Origin: Candidatus Daviesbacteria bacterium
Lineage (GTDB): Bacteria > Patescibacteriota > Microgenomatia > Daviesbacterales > UBA10151
Reading direction: 5' to 3'
DNA length: 64,000 nt
Assembly: GCA_016176465.1 (NCBI GenBank)
Contig: JACOXD010000006.1
Location: 71,878-135,877, forward strand
Below, piece by piece: positions 1 through 8,596 of the stretch. The notes beneath the pieces are model-generated. The model had not been told where the DNA came from. It did no database searches and worked only from the letters and a program-made list of their open reading frames with translations. Position numbers and translations under genes: made by a program. Position 1 is the stretch's first letter, and the number at the start of each line of letters is the position of its first letter.

Positions 1-215
1 CCAACTTGTGTCCAAAGATAAAGGAAATTGATGGCTTTAAAAGTGAAATTTTTTGGCCATTCCTCTGATCTAATCTTTGTACTGGGTCTAAGATATACAA
101 AATAGTCATTTTCTATATCAATTTTGGCTAAATTTTTTAATAAGTAATATGAATAGTTTTCAGTCCCTGTTCGCCAGCTGGCGAAGGACCTGGATCCATC
201 AAAACCAATACGCAT
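1..215 (-). CDS. Glycosyltransferase family 4 (N-terminal part; runs off the window)
   Basis: Manual translation from ATG at 215: MRIGFDGSRSFASWRTGTENYSYYLLKNLAKID..., a typical GT4 N-terminus (IGxD...TGxxxY); open to position 1. Confidence 0.8.
   Translation of the reverse strand, partial: MRIGFDGSRSFASWRTGTENYSYYLLKNLAKIDIENDYFVYLRPSTKIRSEEWPKNFTFKAINFLYLWTQV
170..185. repeat. Perfect 16-bp palindrome TTCGCCAGCTGGCGAA inside coding sequence
   Basis: Self-complementary and GC-rich in AT-rich context; encodes FASWR. Confidence 0.6.
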
Positions 216-237
216 AAAATAAGTTTAGCATAAGAAC

Positions 238-1155
238 TTAGGAGGATTTTGATTTGAAGTACTCAACAGTTTTTTTAAGACCTTCATCTAAACTTACTTT
301 AGCTTCCCAACCGGCTTTACTTTTTAATAAGGCGCTTGAGGCATAATTAGCATTAACATCCCCTGCTCTTTCTCCCAAATTCTCAATTTTTACATCATAT
401 CCAAATATATCAGACAATTTATTTACTACATCAATGACTTTTACTCCATTATTTGTTCCAACATTAAAAATACTAAAGCCTTTTAAATTTAGACAAGTTG
501 TATGGGCAGTGGCTAAATCTTCTATATAAATAAAATCTCTAATTTGCTCCCCTTCCCAATAAAGAGGAATTGGTCTTTTATCCAGTGCTGCTTTAATAAA
601 GTTAGGAATTGCGTGAGTTTCAGGCTGATGATTCTCTCCTGGTCCATAAGGATTAAAATAACGTAGTATAGTTACATCAAAATGATGCAAAATATGGTAA
701 GTCCGCAAAAAAGCTTCAACTGCCACCTTACTTGCACCATAAGGATTATCAGGTTGAAGTGGTGAAGCTTCTGTTAAAGGTAAAGTTTTAGGAGTTCCAT
801 AAACACAAGCACTGGAGGAAAAAATAATCTTTTTCACCCCTACTTCCCGCATAGCTTCAAGCAACTCAACAGTTCCTAAAACATTATTATCAGCATATAA
901 AACAGGCTTTTTTACAGATTCATTGACCTCAATTAGTGATGCTAAATGTATAACCCAATCTATGCCTAAGAGAGTTTTTTTAAGAAGCTCTCTATCTTTA
1001 ATATCCCCTTTTATAAATAAAGCTCTCTTATCAAGATTATCTTGCGAGCTTTTAGAGAGGTTATCATAAACTATAACTTGATGGCCAAGGTCTAATAAAA
1101 TTTTAGCTACGTGGCTACCAATAAACCCTGCACCACCTGTGATAAGAATTTTCAT
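238..1155 (-). CDS. galE: UDP-glucose 4-epimerase / NAD-dependent epimerase
   Basis: TGGAGFIG, SSSACVYG, YGASK, LRYFNPYG and IRDFIYI motifs. Confidence 0.85.
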   Translation of the reverse strand: MKILITGGAGFIGSHVAKILLDLGHQVIVYDNLSKSSQDNLDKRALFIKGDIKDRELLKKTLLGIDWVIHLASLIEVNESVKKPVLYADNNVLGTVELLEAMREVGVKKIIFSSSACVYGTPKTLPLTEASPLQPDNPYGASKVAVEAFLRTYHILHHFDVTILRYFNPYGPGENHQPETHAIPNFIKAALDKRPIPLYWEGEQIRDFIYIEDLATAHTTCLNLKGFSIFNVGTNNGVKVIDVVNKLSDIFGYDVKIENLGERAGDVNANYASSALLKSKAGWEAKVSLDEGLKKTVEYFKSKSS

Positions 1156-1236
1156 TGTATTATGGTATTAAGTATTATGTATTAAGGGAGGATTTATTTC
1201 AATTTCCATAATACACTCTACATGATACATACTACT
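1156..1236. repeat. Heptamer-periodic inverted element (4 x NGTATTA, spacer, 4 x TAATACA-like)
   Basis: Left arm tgtatta/ggtatta/agtatta/tgtatta; right arm taataca/ctctaca/tgataca/tactact; fills the galE-mreB gap. Confidence 0.7.
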
Positions 1237-2251
1237 ATTTTTTAGATACACTTCTTTTATATAAATCCAAATTTTCTAAAGCCATTCCTGTGCCTAAAAT
1301 AACTGACAAAAGTGGATTCTCAGAAATATGACAAGGAACCCCTGTTTCCTCAGTCATCAACTTATCAAGGTTACTCAGTAAAGATGTACCTCCTGACATT
1401 ACTATTCCTTTATCAATAATATCTGAGGCTAGCTCAGGTGGAGTTTGTTCTAAAACTCCTTTAACAGCGCCAATTATTTTTCTGACGGGATCGGAAATAG
1501 CCTCAGTTATCTCTACAGTAGATAAAACGATTGTCCTTGGCAAACCTGTTGGAGAATCTCTTCCCCTAACTTCCATCTTTTTTACCTCTAGCTCTTTAGG
1601 CAAAATAGCACTACCAATCCTGACTTTAATCTCCTCTGCTGCCCGCTCACCAATTATTAAGTTGAATTTTTTCCTAATATAGTTTTGGATTGCCTCATCA
1701 ATTTTATTTCCTCCAACTCTGACACTACTATGAACTACCACTCCGCCCAAACAAATCACTGCTGCCTCTGCTGTACCTCCACCAATGTCAACAATCATAT
1801 TTCCTGATGGGTTAGCAATGGGAATATTTGCTCCAATAGCTGCAGCCAGTGGTTCATCTATTAGATAGGCAGTTTTAGCTCCAGCAGATAAAGTTGCATC
1901 AAGCACTGCTCTTCTTTCAACAGAGGTAACGCCAGCAGGTACACAGACCATTACTTCTGGTTTTAAAAACCGCATAGAACCCAATACTCTGTCTATAAAA
2001 TACCGAAGCATCGCTTCTGTGATTACATAATCAGCAATAACCCCATCTTTCATCGGACGGGAAGCCATAATATTACCAGGAGTCCTACCTAACATTTCCT
2101 TCGCTTCATTGCCTACTGCTAAAACTTTATTATCATCAGTAGAAATTGCTACAACAGTAGGCTCATTTAGAACAATACCGCTACCTGCTAAATAAACTAA
2201 GCTATTGGCAGTACCTAAATCTATTCCTATACGCTTTGAAAGATTAAACAT
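1235..2251 (-). CDS. mreB: Rod shape-determining protein MreB
   Basis: IGIDLGTAN, PMKDGVIAD, DIGGGT and TPPELASDI motifs. Start placed at MFNL (2251) because the upstream ATG at 2263 lies in a repeat end. Confidence 0.97.
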   Translation of the reverse strand: MFNLSKRIGIDLGTANSLVYLAGSGIVLNEPTVVAISTDDNKVLAVGNEAKEMLGRTPGNIMASRPMKDGVIADYVITEAMLRYFIDRVLGSMRFLKPEVMVCVPAGVTSVERRAVLDATLSAGAKTAYLIDEPLAAAIGANIPIANPSGNMIVDIGGGTAEAAVICLGGVVVHSSVRVGGNKIDEAIQNYIRKKFNLIIGERAAEEIKVRIGSAILPKELEVKKMEVRGRDSPTGLPRTIVLSTVEITEAISDPVRKIIGAVKGVLEQTPPELASDIIDKGIVMSGGTSLLSNLDKLMTEETGVPCHISENPLLSVILGTGMALENLDLYKRSVSKK

Positions 2252-2257
2252 AATCTT

Positions 2258-2339
2258 TGTCATTCTGATGGTCCACTGGACCAGAAGAATCTAATGAGAT
2301 CCTTCCTCCCTAAAAGGGGCCCGTGCCCTCAGGATGACA
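2258..2339. repeat. Cruciform palindromic repeat, copy 1 (TGTCATTCTGA...TCAGGATGACA)
   Basis: 11-bp terminal inverted repeats, inner GAAGAATCT/AGATCCTTC stem and two side hairpins; related copies at 8008, 8517 and 9932. Confidence 0.85.
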
Positions 2340-2444
2340 ACAAAACTGAAGAAAGTATATTTTTGTTGTCAACTTAACGCTATGAACTATACTCTAACTG
2401 AAGACCTACTCACAAGACATGCAAAGTGGATCAAAAAGGAACAA

Positions 2445-3656
2445 TTACTTTAGGTTTATACCATATAAATTGGGGCGTTCTGCTGTGGGAATTGGGAAAA
2501 AGGTAATTATTGCGAGTCTTGAGCCATCAGGCCATGCATAAACAGAGTTAATATCAAAGGTTCCTGCATAAATCACATGATTATTTCCCCCATCAAATTC
2601 AATTACGGAAATTTTATTCTCATCTACTAAGACCAGGTGAAGTGAATCAGGTAGCCATAAAGCTTGATAGCTCTCTGGCAGAGTAAAGGTTTCTCTTTTT
2701 TTTAAGTCAACAATCTTAAATTTTTTCTTTTGAGGTGTATTTGATTTCTCACTTTCCTCAGCTACTTTATTTTCAGTAAGCAACAAACTTTGAGGTTCTA
2801 CTTGCTCCAAACAATTTTCTTTATCCTCACAGATTAAAAACTTAGTTTCATCTGGTGCCCATTTCACCAAAGCAGATGATGATGCTATCTTTTGTAAATT
2901 AAGATCTTTTATAGATTGGATTCTAGCCAAATCCTTAGTACTTTTTTCCTCTTCCCAACTTGATAAAGTAGGCTGAAGAATTGGGGTAATATCTCTTGGT
3001 GATTCATTCAATCTATCATCTTCTAAAAGCAAAGTCCTATCAGGCAGCGTTACCATAATTTGGCTTGAATCAGGAGACCAACGAATCTTCGCTTGGCTTA
3101 AATTTATTCCTGATTGTGAAACCATAATTTGGTGTGGCTCATTAGCTCTTGCAAAAGCAATTGGCCTTTCAGACATTGTCCAGACCCAAATGCCACTCTT
3201 TTTGGGAGGAGATGAGGCAACGTCTGAATCAACTCCATCTGGGACGACAAAGACCAGCTTTTGGCCATCAGGTGATAGTATAGAATTCTCAATACCATTA
3301 TAAGTTAGGGGGAAAATACTAGGGATTGCTGGGAATAACCTCGCTTTAATTTCTGTAACTAACCCTTCCTTTACCTCAAGCTCTTTTTCCCAAGGAATAT
3401 AGCCTTCTTTAATAATCCTAACTTTATATTTTTTGGGGACCAAAGAGTTGATATTAGCATTGGTGGCTGTAGATAAATGCCCATCTAAATAAACTGATGC
3501 CTGGTCTGGAATAGAAGTAATAGACATAATTCCTGTACCGGAAAAAGTACCCTTTTCTGGAGAAAATCTATATCCCTTGGCAAAAAAAACTGCCCCTCCT
3601 GCTATTAAAGCAGTAGCTACAATAAACAAAATCGTGAAGAAAAATCTTCGATTCAC
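2445..3656 (-). CDS. PEGA-domain membrane-anchored protein with beta-propeller (TolB/WD40-like) repeats
   Basis: N-terminal TM; PEGA pattern SITSIPDQASVYLDG...KEGYIPW; SPDG/WSPDS/WAPDE/WLPDS/WPDG blade ends. Confidence 0.8.
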   Translation of the reverse strand: MNRRFFFTILFIVATALIAGGAVFFAKGYRFSPEKGTFSGTGIMSITSIPDQASVYLDGHLSTATNANINSLVPKKYKVRIIKEGYIPWEKELEVKEGLVTEIKARLFPAIPSIFPLTYNGIENSILSPDGQKLVFVVPDGVDSDVASSPPKKSGIWVWTMSERPIAFARANEPHQIMVSQSGINLSQAKIRWSPDSSQIMVTLPDRTLLLEDDRLNESPRDITPILQPTLSSWEEEKSTKDLARIQSIKDLNLQKIASSSALVKWAPDETKFLICEDKENCLEQVEPQSLLLTENKVAEESEKSNTPQKKKFKIVDLKKRETFTLPESYQALWLPDSLHLVLVDENKISVIEFDGGNNHVIYAGTFDINSVYAWPDGSRLAIITFFPIPTAERPNLYGINLK

Positions 3657-3694
3657 AAATTAGATTGTACAATTTTAGATTAGCAAATACAAAG

Positions 3695-3766
3695 TCGGGG
3701 ACCAGGGAATTGAACCCTGTACCTCTACGACCCGAACGCAGCGTTCTACCGATGAACTAGTCCCCG
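3695..3766 (-). tRNA. tRNA-Pro(CGG)
   Basis: Reverse complement CGGGGAC...GTCCCCG acceptor stem, anticodon arm ctgcg-ttCGGgt-cgtag, GTTCAA T-loop; CCA not encoded. Confidence 0.93.
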
Positions 3767-3809
3767 CGCAATCCAAATTATATCCGATTTTGTTAAAATA
3801 CACTTACTC

Positions 3810-3882
3810 GCCCCTGTAGCTCAGTAGATAGAGCAGCTTCGTCCTAAGAAGTTGGTCGTGGGTGCAACTCCCGCCAGGGGTG
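3810..3882 (+). tRNA. tRNA-Arg(CCT)
   Basis: GCCCCTG/CAGGGGT acceptor stem, D-arm GCTC/GAGC, anticodon arm gcttc-gtCCTaa-gaagt, T-loop variant TGCAA. Confidence 0.9.
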
Positions 3883-3905
3883 CTTAACTCTGCTATACTT
3901 AATTT

Positions 3906-5018
3906 ATGAGTGATGATGGATCATCTGAAGGATCTTCCCCTCCTCAACTAAAGAAACATTTAACCAGGCGGCAATTCTTGGGTGCAACTGTTTTAGGGGG
4001 AGCGCTAGGAGCCGGCATGACAAAAGTGGGAGTACCTCAAGCTGTTGAAAACACATTTAAAGGAGCTAATTTTTTTGGAAAACTACTAGGAGCGTTTAAG
4101 AATAGGCGAAGCCTTTCTACGAATAGAGCTATAGTTGAACAGCCTAGACAACAGCAAGTACCTTCTCAAGAAGTTATTCTTTTATCAGCTAGAGAAGTAA
4201 ATGAGGCAATGAGTTTTTTTGGGCTAAATCCACAAAACAAGGACCAATTTATAAACCGTGTTGGTAAAGAGATAGTAGCTATGGCTAATAGACCATTTTT
4301 TGAGTCTGAAATAAAGCAAACCCTTGTCTGGCAGGACCAAGTAAAAACAGAGGTCCAGGTAGTTTGTGAAGATTTACCTTCAGATGAGCAAGAGCAATGG
4401 GTAAAGTTAATGCTTGGACTAATTTTCGTTGAAAGTAAAGGAGATTTGGAAGCGGCTTCTCCTTTGGGAGCACAAGGGCTTTGTCAAATTAAAGATGATA
4501 GAGCAAAAGAGATATATAGAAAACTAAAAAAAGATGACCTTTGGCCCAAAGAAGAATATAATTTGCTTAATCCACAAGATAACATCAGATTAGCTATTTA
4601 TATATTAAGAGATAACAATCCAATTAAGAGTTTGTCTTTAGCTTTTTACAACCTAGGCTCTAGAGTGATGATTAATAGTATGCAGGAGTATGCTAAAAGT
4701 CTTTACAGACAAGATCCATCTCTAGATCGAGAGTATCATGATGTAAATACAAACTTTACAACTTGGGGTCTTAGACAAGGTGAAGAAATCGCCACAACAA
4801 GGTACGCCCGGCAATTTAATATTTCCTTCTATGACTTGCTCTCCTCAAAACCGGCTAAAGATGCTTTAGTTAAAAGATATAATAACGAAGATGGCTCAAG
4901 TTTCCAGTATGGGGAAGATGACTTAACTTTTGTGGACAAGGTTATAGCTGCATCAATCATGTTGTTTTCAACCCCAACCAAAACTCAAATATCTGAGTCT
5001 GTAGGGAACCAGAGTTGA
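3906..5018 (+). CDS. Lytic transglycosylase (SLT domain) with twin-arginine-like N-terminal signal
   Basis: TRRQFL plus hydrophobic segment; SLT motifs VES, GAQGLCQI and AFYNLG. Confidence 0.75.
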   Translation: MSDDGSSEGSSPPQLKKHLTRRQFLGATVLGGALGAGMTKVGVPQAVENTFKGANFFGKLLGAFKNRRSLSTNRAIVEQPRQQQVPSQEVILLSAREVNEAMSFFGLNPQNKDQFINRVGKEIVAMANRPFFESEIKQTLVWQDQVKTEVQVVCEDLPSDEQEQWVKLMLGLIFVESKGDLEAASPLGAQGLCQIKDDRAKEIYRKLKKDDLWPKEEYNLLNPQDNIRLAIYILRDNNPIKSLSLAFYNLGSRVMINSMQEYAKSLYRQDPSLDREYHDVNTNFTTWGLRQGEEIATTRYARQFNISFYDLLSSKPAKDALVKRYNNEDGSSFQYGEDDLTFVDKVIAASIMLFSTPTKTQISESVGNQS

Positions 5019-5509
5019 ATTTCCCTATCTGCTTCCTCCAAAGTTCCTGAGGCGTGGACTAAATTATAGACTGCTCTACCCTCTGCATTGGCTTTATCAA
5101 ATGAATCCTCTCCAAAATCTCCTCTAATAGTTCCTCTTGGAGATAAAGATGGATCAGTTTTTCCAGTTATCTTCCTAGCCAATGAAACTGCACCAGGCCC
5201 TTCTAGAATCATTTTGATAATTTTGCCTGATAGAAGAAATTTTTGTAAATCTTTAACTATCTTGACACTTTTTTGGTATTTCTCCTCAATTTTCTCCTCA
5301 CTCCATCCTGTGATATCTACATGACCTAAATGAATTAGGTAATCTCTATTATCAAGTTGATAATGCTCTCTTACAGTAGGTTCATCAGCAGTCAGCATTA
5401 CCAACTTAGAAACTTTTAGACCTCTTTCTTCAAACCTTTTGATAATATCCCCAATTAAATTTCTTTTAACACCATCAGGTTTTATAAGGACTAAAGTTTG
5501 CTCATTCAT
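4985..5509 (-). CDS. ndk: Nucleoside diphosphate kinase (long-insert type)
   Basis: TLVLIKPDGV, GTIRGDFG and NLVHASG motifs. Confidence 0.95.
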   Translation of the reverse strand: MNEQTLVLIKPDGVKRNLIGDIIKRFEERGLKVSKLVMLTADEPTVREHYQLDNRDYLIHLGHVDITGWSEEKIEEKYQKSVKIVKDLQKFLLSGKIIKMILEGPGAVSLARKITGKTDPSLSPRGTIRGDFGEDSFDKANAEGRAVYNLVHASGTLEEADREIQLWFPTDSDI

Positions 5510-5514
5510 AATCG

Positions 5515-5577
5515 CGATATGTGATACGAAATACGTAATATGTCAATAACTTATCGCTTATCACTTATCTCTTATCT
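5515..5577. repeat. Heptamer-periodic inverted element (NGATANG arm / CTTATCN arm)
   Basis: cgatatg tgatacg aaatacg taatatg ... cttatcg cttatca cttatct cttatct; the right arm supplies the last codons of the phosphoesterase gene. Confidence 0.65.
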
Positions 5578-6607
5578 CGATATCCCGAACATTGTATCTT
5601 CCGTCCTCAAAAATATCAACCATGATAAACCTTGGCGACTGAGGGTTTCTTGTTGAGGTTACTGCACCTGATACAATCATTGGAATATTATTTTTAGGTT
5701 CAATGTAACTTGAGAAAAAGTGGGTATCTCCAGAAAAAACCGCATCTACATTATTTTCCTTAAATAACGACATCAAATGCTCTGCTTGATTTTTTAATTT
5801 TCCATCAAGTTTTCCCATCACATGATCTGAAGATGGATGATATAAAGGAATAGCAGTCATTATAAAAGTCAGCTTTGAATCTCCTTCTTTAGCCCTTATT
5901 AGCTCATCTTCTACCCATTTCATCTGTACCTCATCTACTCCTAAGTAGTTATCAGCATTATCAAGTAAAATAAACCTTACTTTATCATACGCAAAAGATG
6001 AATAATCAGATCCAAATACCTCTTTGTAATTAGTAGTGGGAGGTAATTTCTTTTCTCTGGCTTCCCAAAGATCGTGGTCACCTGGGATTACATAATAAGG
6101 TAGTCCAAAAGTATCAAACTGTAACTTAGCATCTCTAAGATCGCTAATAGATCCAACATCAGTGTAATCTCCTAAACCAATTACAAATTTTGCGCCACTT
6201 CCCTTTGCCTGTTTCAATGCCTTATCTAAATTGCCATTGTCATTGTGGGAATCAGATACTACTCCAAAGCTAAAAGTTAGCGGCGAGCCAGATGTTTTAT
6301 TAGAACTACTTTGAGCTAGATTGTCATTAGATAATATCTTCTTGGCTTTATTTATTGAATCTTGGGGATTGGCAGTCAAGATATTTTTGACCAATGTATA
6401 AGCATCTTCAGATTGTAAGATATTATTAAAAATAGATTGTGGATTGGCAGATAATGGATCAATCCCGGAGAAACTTCTTATTGCCTGATAAATACCTAAA
6501 ACCAAAACAGAAAGGATAACTAAACTCAAAAACAGCCTGAAAACACCAAACAATTTACCAAAAAGAGAAAATCCCATCCCTCTATGGGCAGTATGTCTTC
6601 TAAACAT
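5561..6607 (-). CDS. Membrane-anchored calcineurin-like metallophosphoesterase
   Basis: N-terminal TM; DSH, GD, PGDHD and GDTH motifs. Confidence 0.85.
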   Translation of the reverse strand: MFRRHTAHRGMGFSLFGKLFGVFRLFLSLVILSVLVLGIYQAIRSFSGIDPLSANPQSIFNNILQSEDAYTLVKNILTANPQDSINKAKKILSNDNLAQSSSNKTSGSPLTFSFGVVSDSHNDNGNLDKALKQAKGSGAKFVIGLGDYTDVGSISDLRDAKLQFDTFGLPYYVIPGDHDLWEAREKKLPPTTNYKEVFGSDYSSFAYDKVRFILLDNADNYLGVDEVQMKWVEDELIRAKEGDSKLTFIMTAIPLYHPSSDHVMGKLDGKLKNQAEHLMSLFKENNVDAVFSGDTHFFSSYIEPKNNIPMIVSGAVTSTRNPQSPRFIMVDIFEDGRYNVRDIEIRDK

Positions 6608-6619
6608 ATTTAAATTATC

Positions 6620-6647
6620 TCAAATCTAAAAGGTCAAATGTCAAATT
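6620..6647. repeat. Heptamer-periodic tract (TCAAATN x4)
   Basis: tcaaatc taaaagg tcaaatg tcaaatt, just downstream of the argS stop. Confidence 0.45.
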
Positions 6648-6649
6648 TC

Positions 6650-8410
6650 TCACATTTTTTTAGGAGCATTAATACCTAACAAATCTAAACCTGATCTAAT
6701 AGTCTCAACAACTTTAGCAGTTATTGCTAATCTTAGATTAGATTTCTCGGACTTAATTATGGGAAATTTAGTATAAAAAAGATTAAATGCCTTTGCCAAA
6801 TTTAGTAGGTACTCGCCAATTAAATTTGGTTTAAGCTCTTTGCCAGCTTGAGCTATTATTGAATCATAGTATTCAGTTAACCTTAGAATTTCCCTCTCCT
6901 CAAGCTCTAAATTTATACCTTGGGGATTTAATTCTTTATCTCCACTATATTTAGACTGTTCTAAAACTGAATTAGCGCGTGCGTGGGTATATTGCAAATA
7001 AGGTCCGCTGTCTCCTTGTAGGGAAACTGATTTTTCCAAGTCAAATATCACATTTGTTTTTGGGGAGTATTTTAAATAAGCAAACTTTATCGCACCTAAG
7101 GCTACAACTTTTGCCACTTCTTCATCTACTTTTAGCCTGTTCTCTCTCATAATATCTTTAACTCGATCAATAACCATATTTAATATATCATCAACTGTTA
7201 TAACCTCTCCGCTGCGGGATGACATTTTTCCTTCTTTAATATCTACCATTCCATAAGATAGGTGAAATTTTTTGCCTTTTAAGTGAGGAAAAAGCATTTC
7301 AACAGCCTTAAAAACTACTCGGAAGTAACCTTCTTGTTCAGCTCCAACAATATGGATGCTTTTGTCATAATTAAATGTATCAAACTCTAACTTAGCTAAT
7401 CCTGTTTCTTTGGCCTCATAGGTAGGGTTTCCTGCAGCTGTTATGAATACTCTATTGTGTAAACCATATTTTTCCCCTGGGAAGATAATAGCTCCTTTAT
7501 CCTCTTCAAAAACTTTACCTACATTAGCCAGTACCAGTTGCCTACCTTCCAACTCCACTTCGCTCTCAAAAAAACAGTGGTCGTATTTAATACCAAAAAG
7601 ATTATAAACAGGCTCAAAATAAGCTAGACTCCACTCCCTGGCCAGCTGATAAATCTCCATCAAATTTTGATCTTTAGCATAAAGCCTATTATTAAGATCA
7701 TCTATCTCTACTTTAGCTTCTTTATCCTCATCATATGCTTTATTACCTTGCGCATAAGATTGGCCTAAAAATTTAGCTTTTTCTTCATGAGATAATTCAC
7801 CTTTTGGTAAACCCAATTTTTCAATACCCCAAATAGCCTTAGCTATATGCAAACCAATATCCCCTTGGTAATTGGCCCTAAATACTTTATTCCCCAAACT
7901 CTCTAGTATTCTGGAAAGGCTTTCTCCTAAGAAAAAAGTTCTTAGATGACCTATGTGAATCTCTTTAAGGGGGTTAACATGACCATACTCAATTAGATAT
8001 TTTTTCTTGTCATCCTGAGCGCGGGCCCCCGAAGGGGAGAAGGATCTATTTTTCAGATTCTTCTCCGGCGAAGCCGGATCAAGAATGACAGACTCAAGCA
8101 AAATTTCATCCTTTATAAAAAAATTAATAAAACCTCCCCCAGCAACTTCTACTCTTTCTAAATAAGTTGGATGGCCTAACTCTTTTAAAATTTGATTAGC
8201 AACATCCATTGGAGACTCGCCTCGCTTAGCACTTGGCGAAGCGGGTTGCTCACTTTTTCCTTGCTTTTGTTTAGTAAGTTGTAAAGCCACATTCGTAAAG
8301 TAGTCTCCAAATTTGGGGTTTTCTGGAATAGATATAAATATATCAGTTGTTTTTAACCCTAATTTAGAAATTGCTTTTTGCAAATCTTTTTCTAATTGCA
8401 CTTTTATCAT
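6650..8410 (-). CDS. argS: Arginine--tRNA ligase (with two repeat-derived in-frame insertions)
   Basis: FGDY, GGGFINF, HIGH (HIGHLR), KMSSRSG, GDSGPYLQY, C-terminal APKKM. Confidence 0.97.
   Translation of the reverse strand: MIKVQLEKDLQKAISKLGLKTTDIFISIPENPKFGDYFTNVALQLTKQKQGKSEQPASPSAKRGESPMDVANQILKELGHPTYLERVEVAGGGFINFFIKDEILLESVILDPASPEKNLKNRSFSPSGARAQDDKKKYLIEYGHVNPLKEIHIGHLRTFFLGESLSRILESLGNKVFRANYQGDIGLHIAKAIWGIEKLGLPKGELSHEEKAKFLGQSYAQGNKAYDEDKEAKVEIDDLNNRLYAKDQNLMEIYQLAREWSLAYFEPVYNLFGIKYDHCFFESEVELEGRQLVLANVGKVFEEDKGAIIFPGEKYGLHNRVFITAAGNPTYEAKETGLAKLEFDTFNYDKSIHIVGAEQEGYFRVVFKAVEMLFPHLKGKKFHLSYGMVDIKEGKMSSRSGEVITVDDILNMVIDRVKDIMRENRLKVDEEVAKVVALGAIKFAYLKYSPKTNVIFDLEKSVSLQGDSGPYLQYTHARANSVLEQSKYSGDKELNPQGINLELEEREILRLTEYYDSIIAQAGKELKPNLIGEYLLNLAKAFNLFYTKFPIIKSEKSNLRLAITAKVVETIRSGLDLLGINAPKKM
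8008..8090. repeat. Cruciform palindromic repeat, copy 2, in frame inside argS
   Basis: TGTCATCCTGA...TCAAGAATGACA; translated as VILDPASPEKNLKNRSFSPSGARAQDD. Confidence 0.85.
8214..8247. repeat. Short GC-rich hairpin repeat in frame inside argS
   Basis: GACTCGCCTCGC-ttagcacttg-GCGAAGCGGGTT; encodes PASPSAKRGES. Confidence 0.65.
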
Positions 8411-8516
8411 AGTTTAATGATAACATTCGTAACATAATTATCTAAGCACTAAAATTTGTTTTCTCATATATTCCACTAGTCAATTTTAAGAGTTGTCCAG
8501 TCATGCTGAGCGAATT

Positions 8517-8587
8517 TGTCATTCTGAGCCGAAGGCGAAGAATTTAGTCTAGAGATTCTTCCCAGGCTTTGCCTGATCAGAATGACA
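8517..8587. repeat. Cruciform palindromic repeat, copy 3 (argG-argS gap), preceded by a truncated end at 8500-8514
   Basis: Perfect terminal inverted repeats TGTCATTCTGA/TCAGAATGACA; inner GAAGAATTT/AGATTCTTC stem. Confidence 0.85.
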
Positions 8588-8596
8588 TTTTCCTTT

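Noticed and set aside
2252-2263. MTKI extension of MreB
   Set aside because: The ATG is part of the repeat's terminal inverted repeat
3810-3882. Pseudo-tRNA status for tRNA-Arg because of G32 and the TGC T-loop
   Set aside because: All four stems pair, so the variants alone are not enough to call it non-functional
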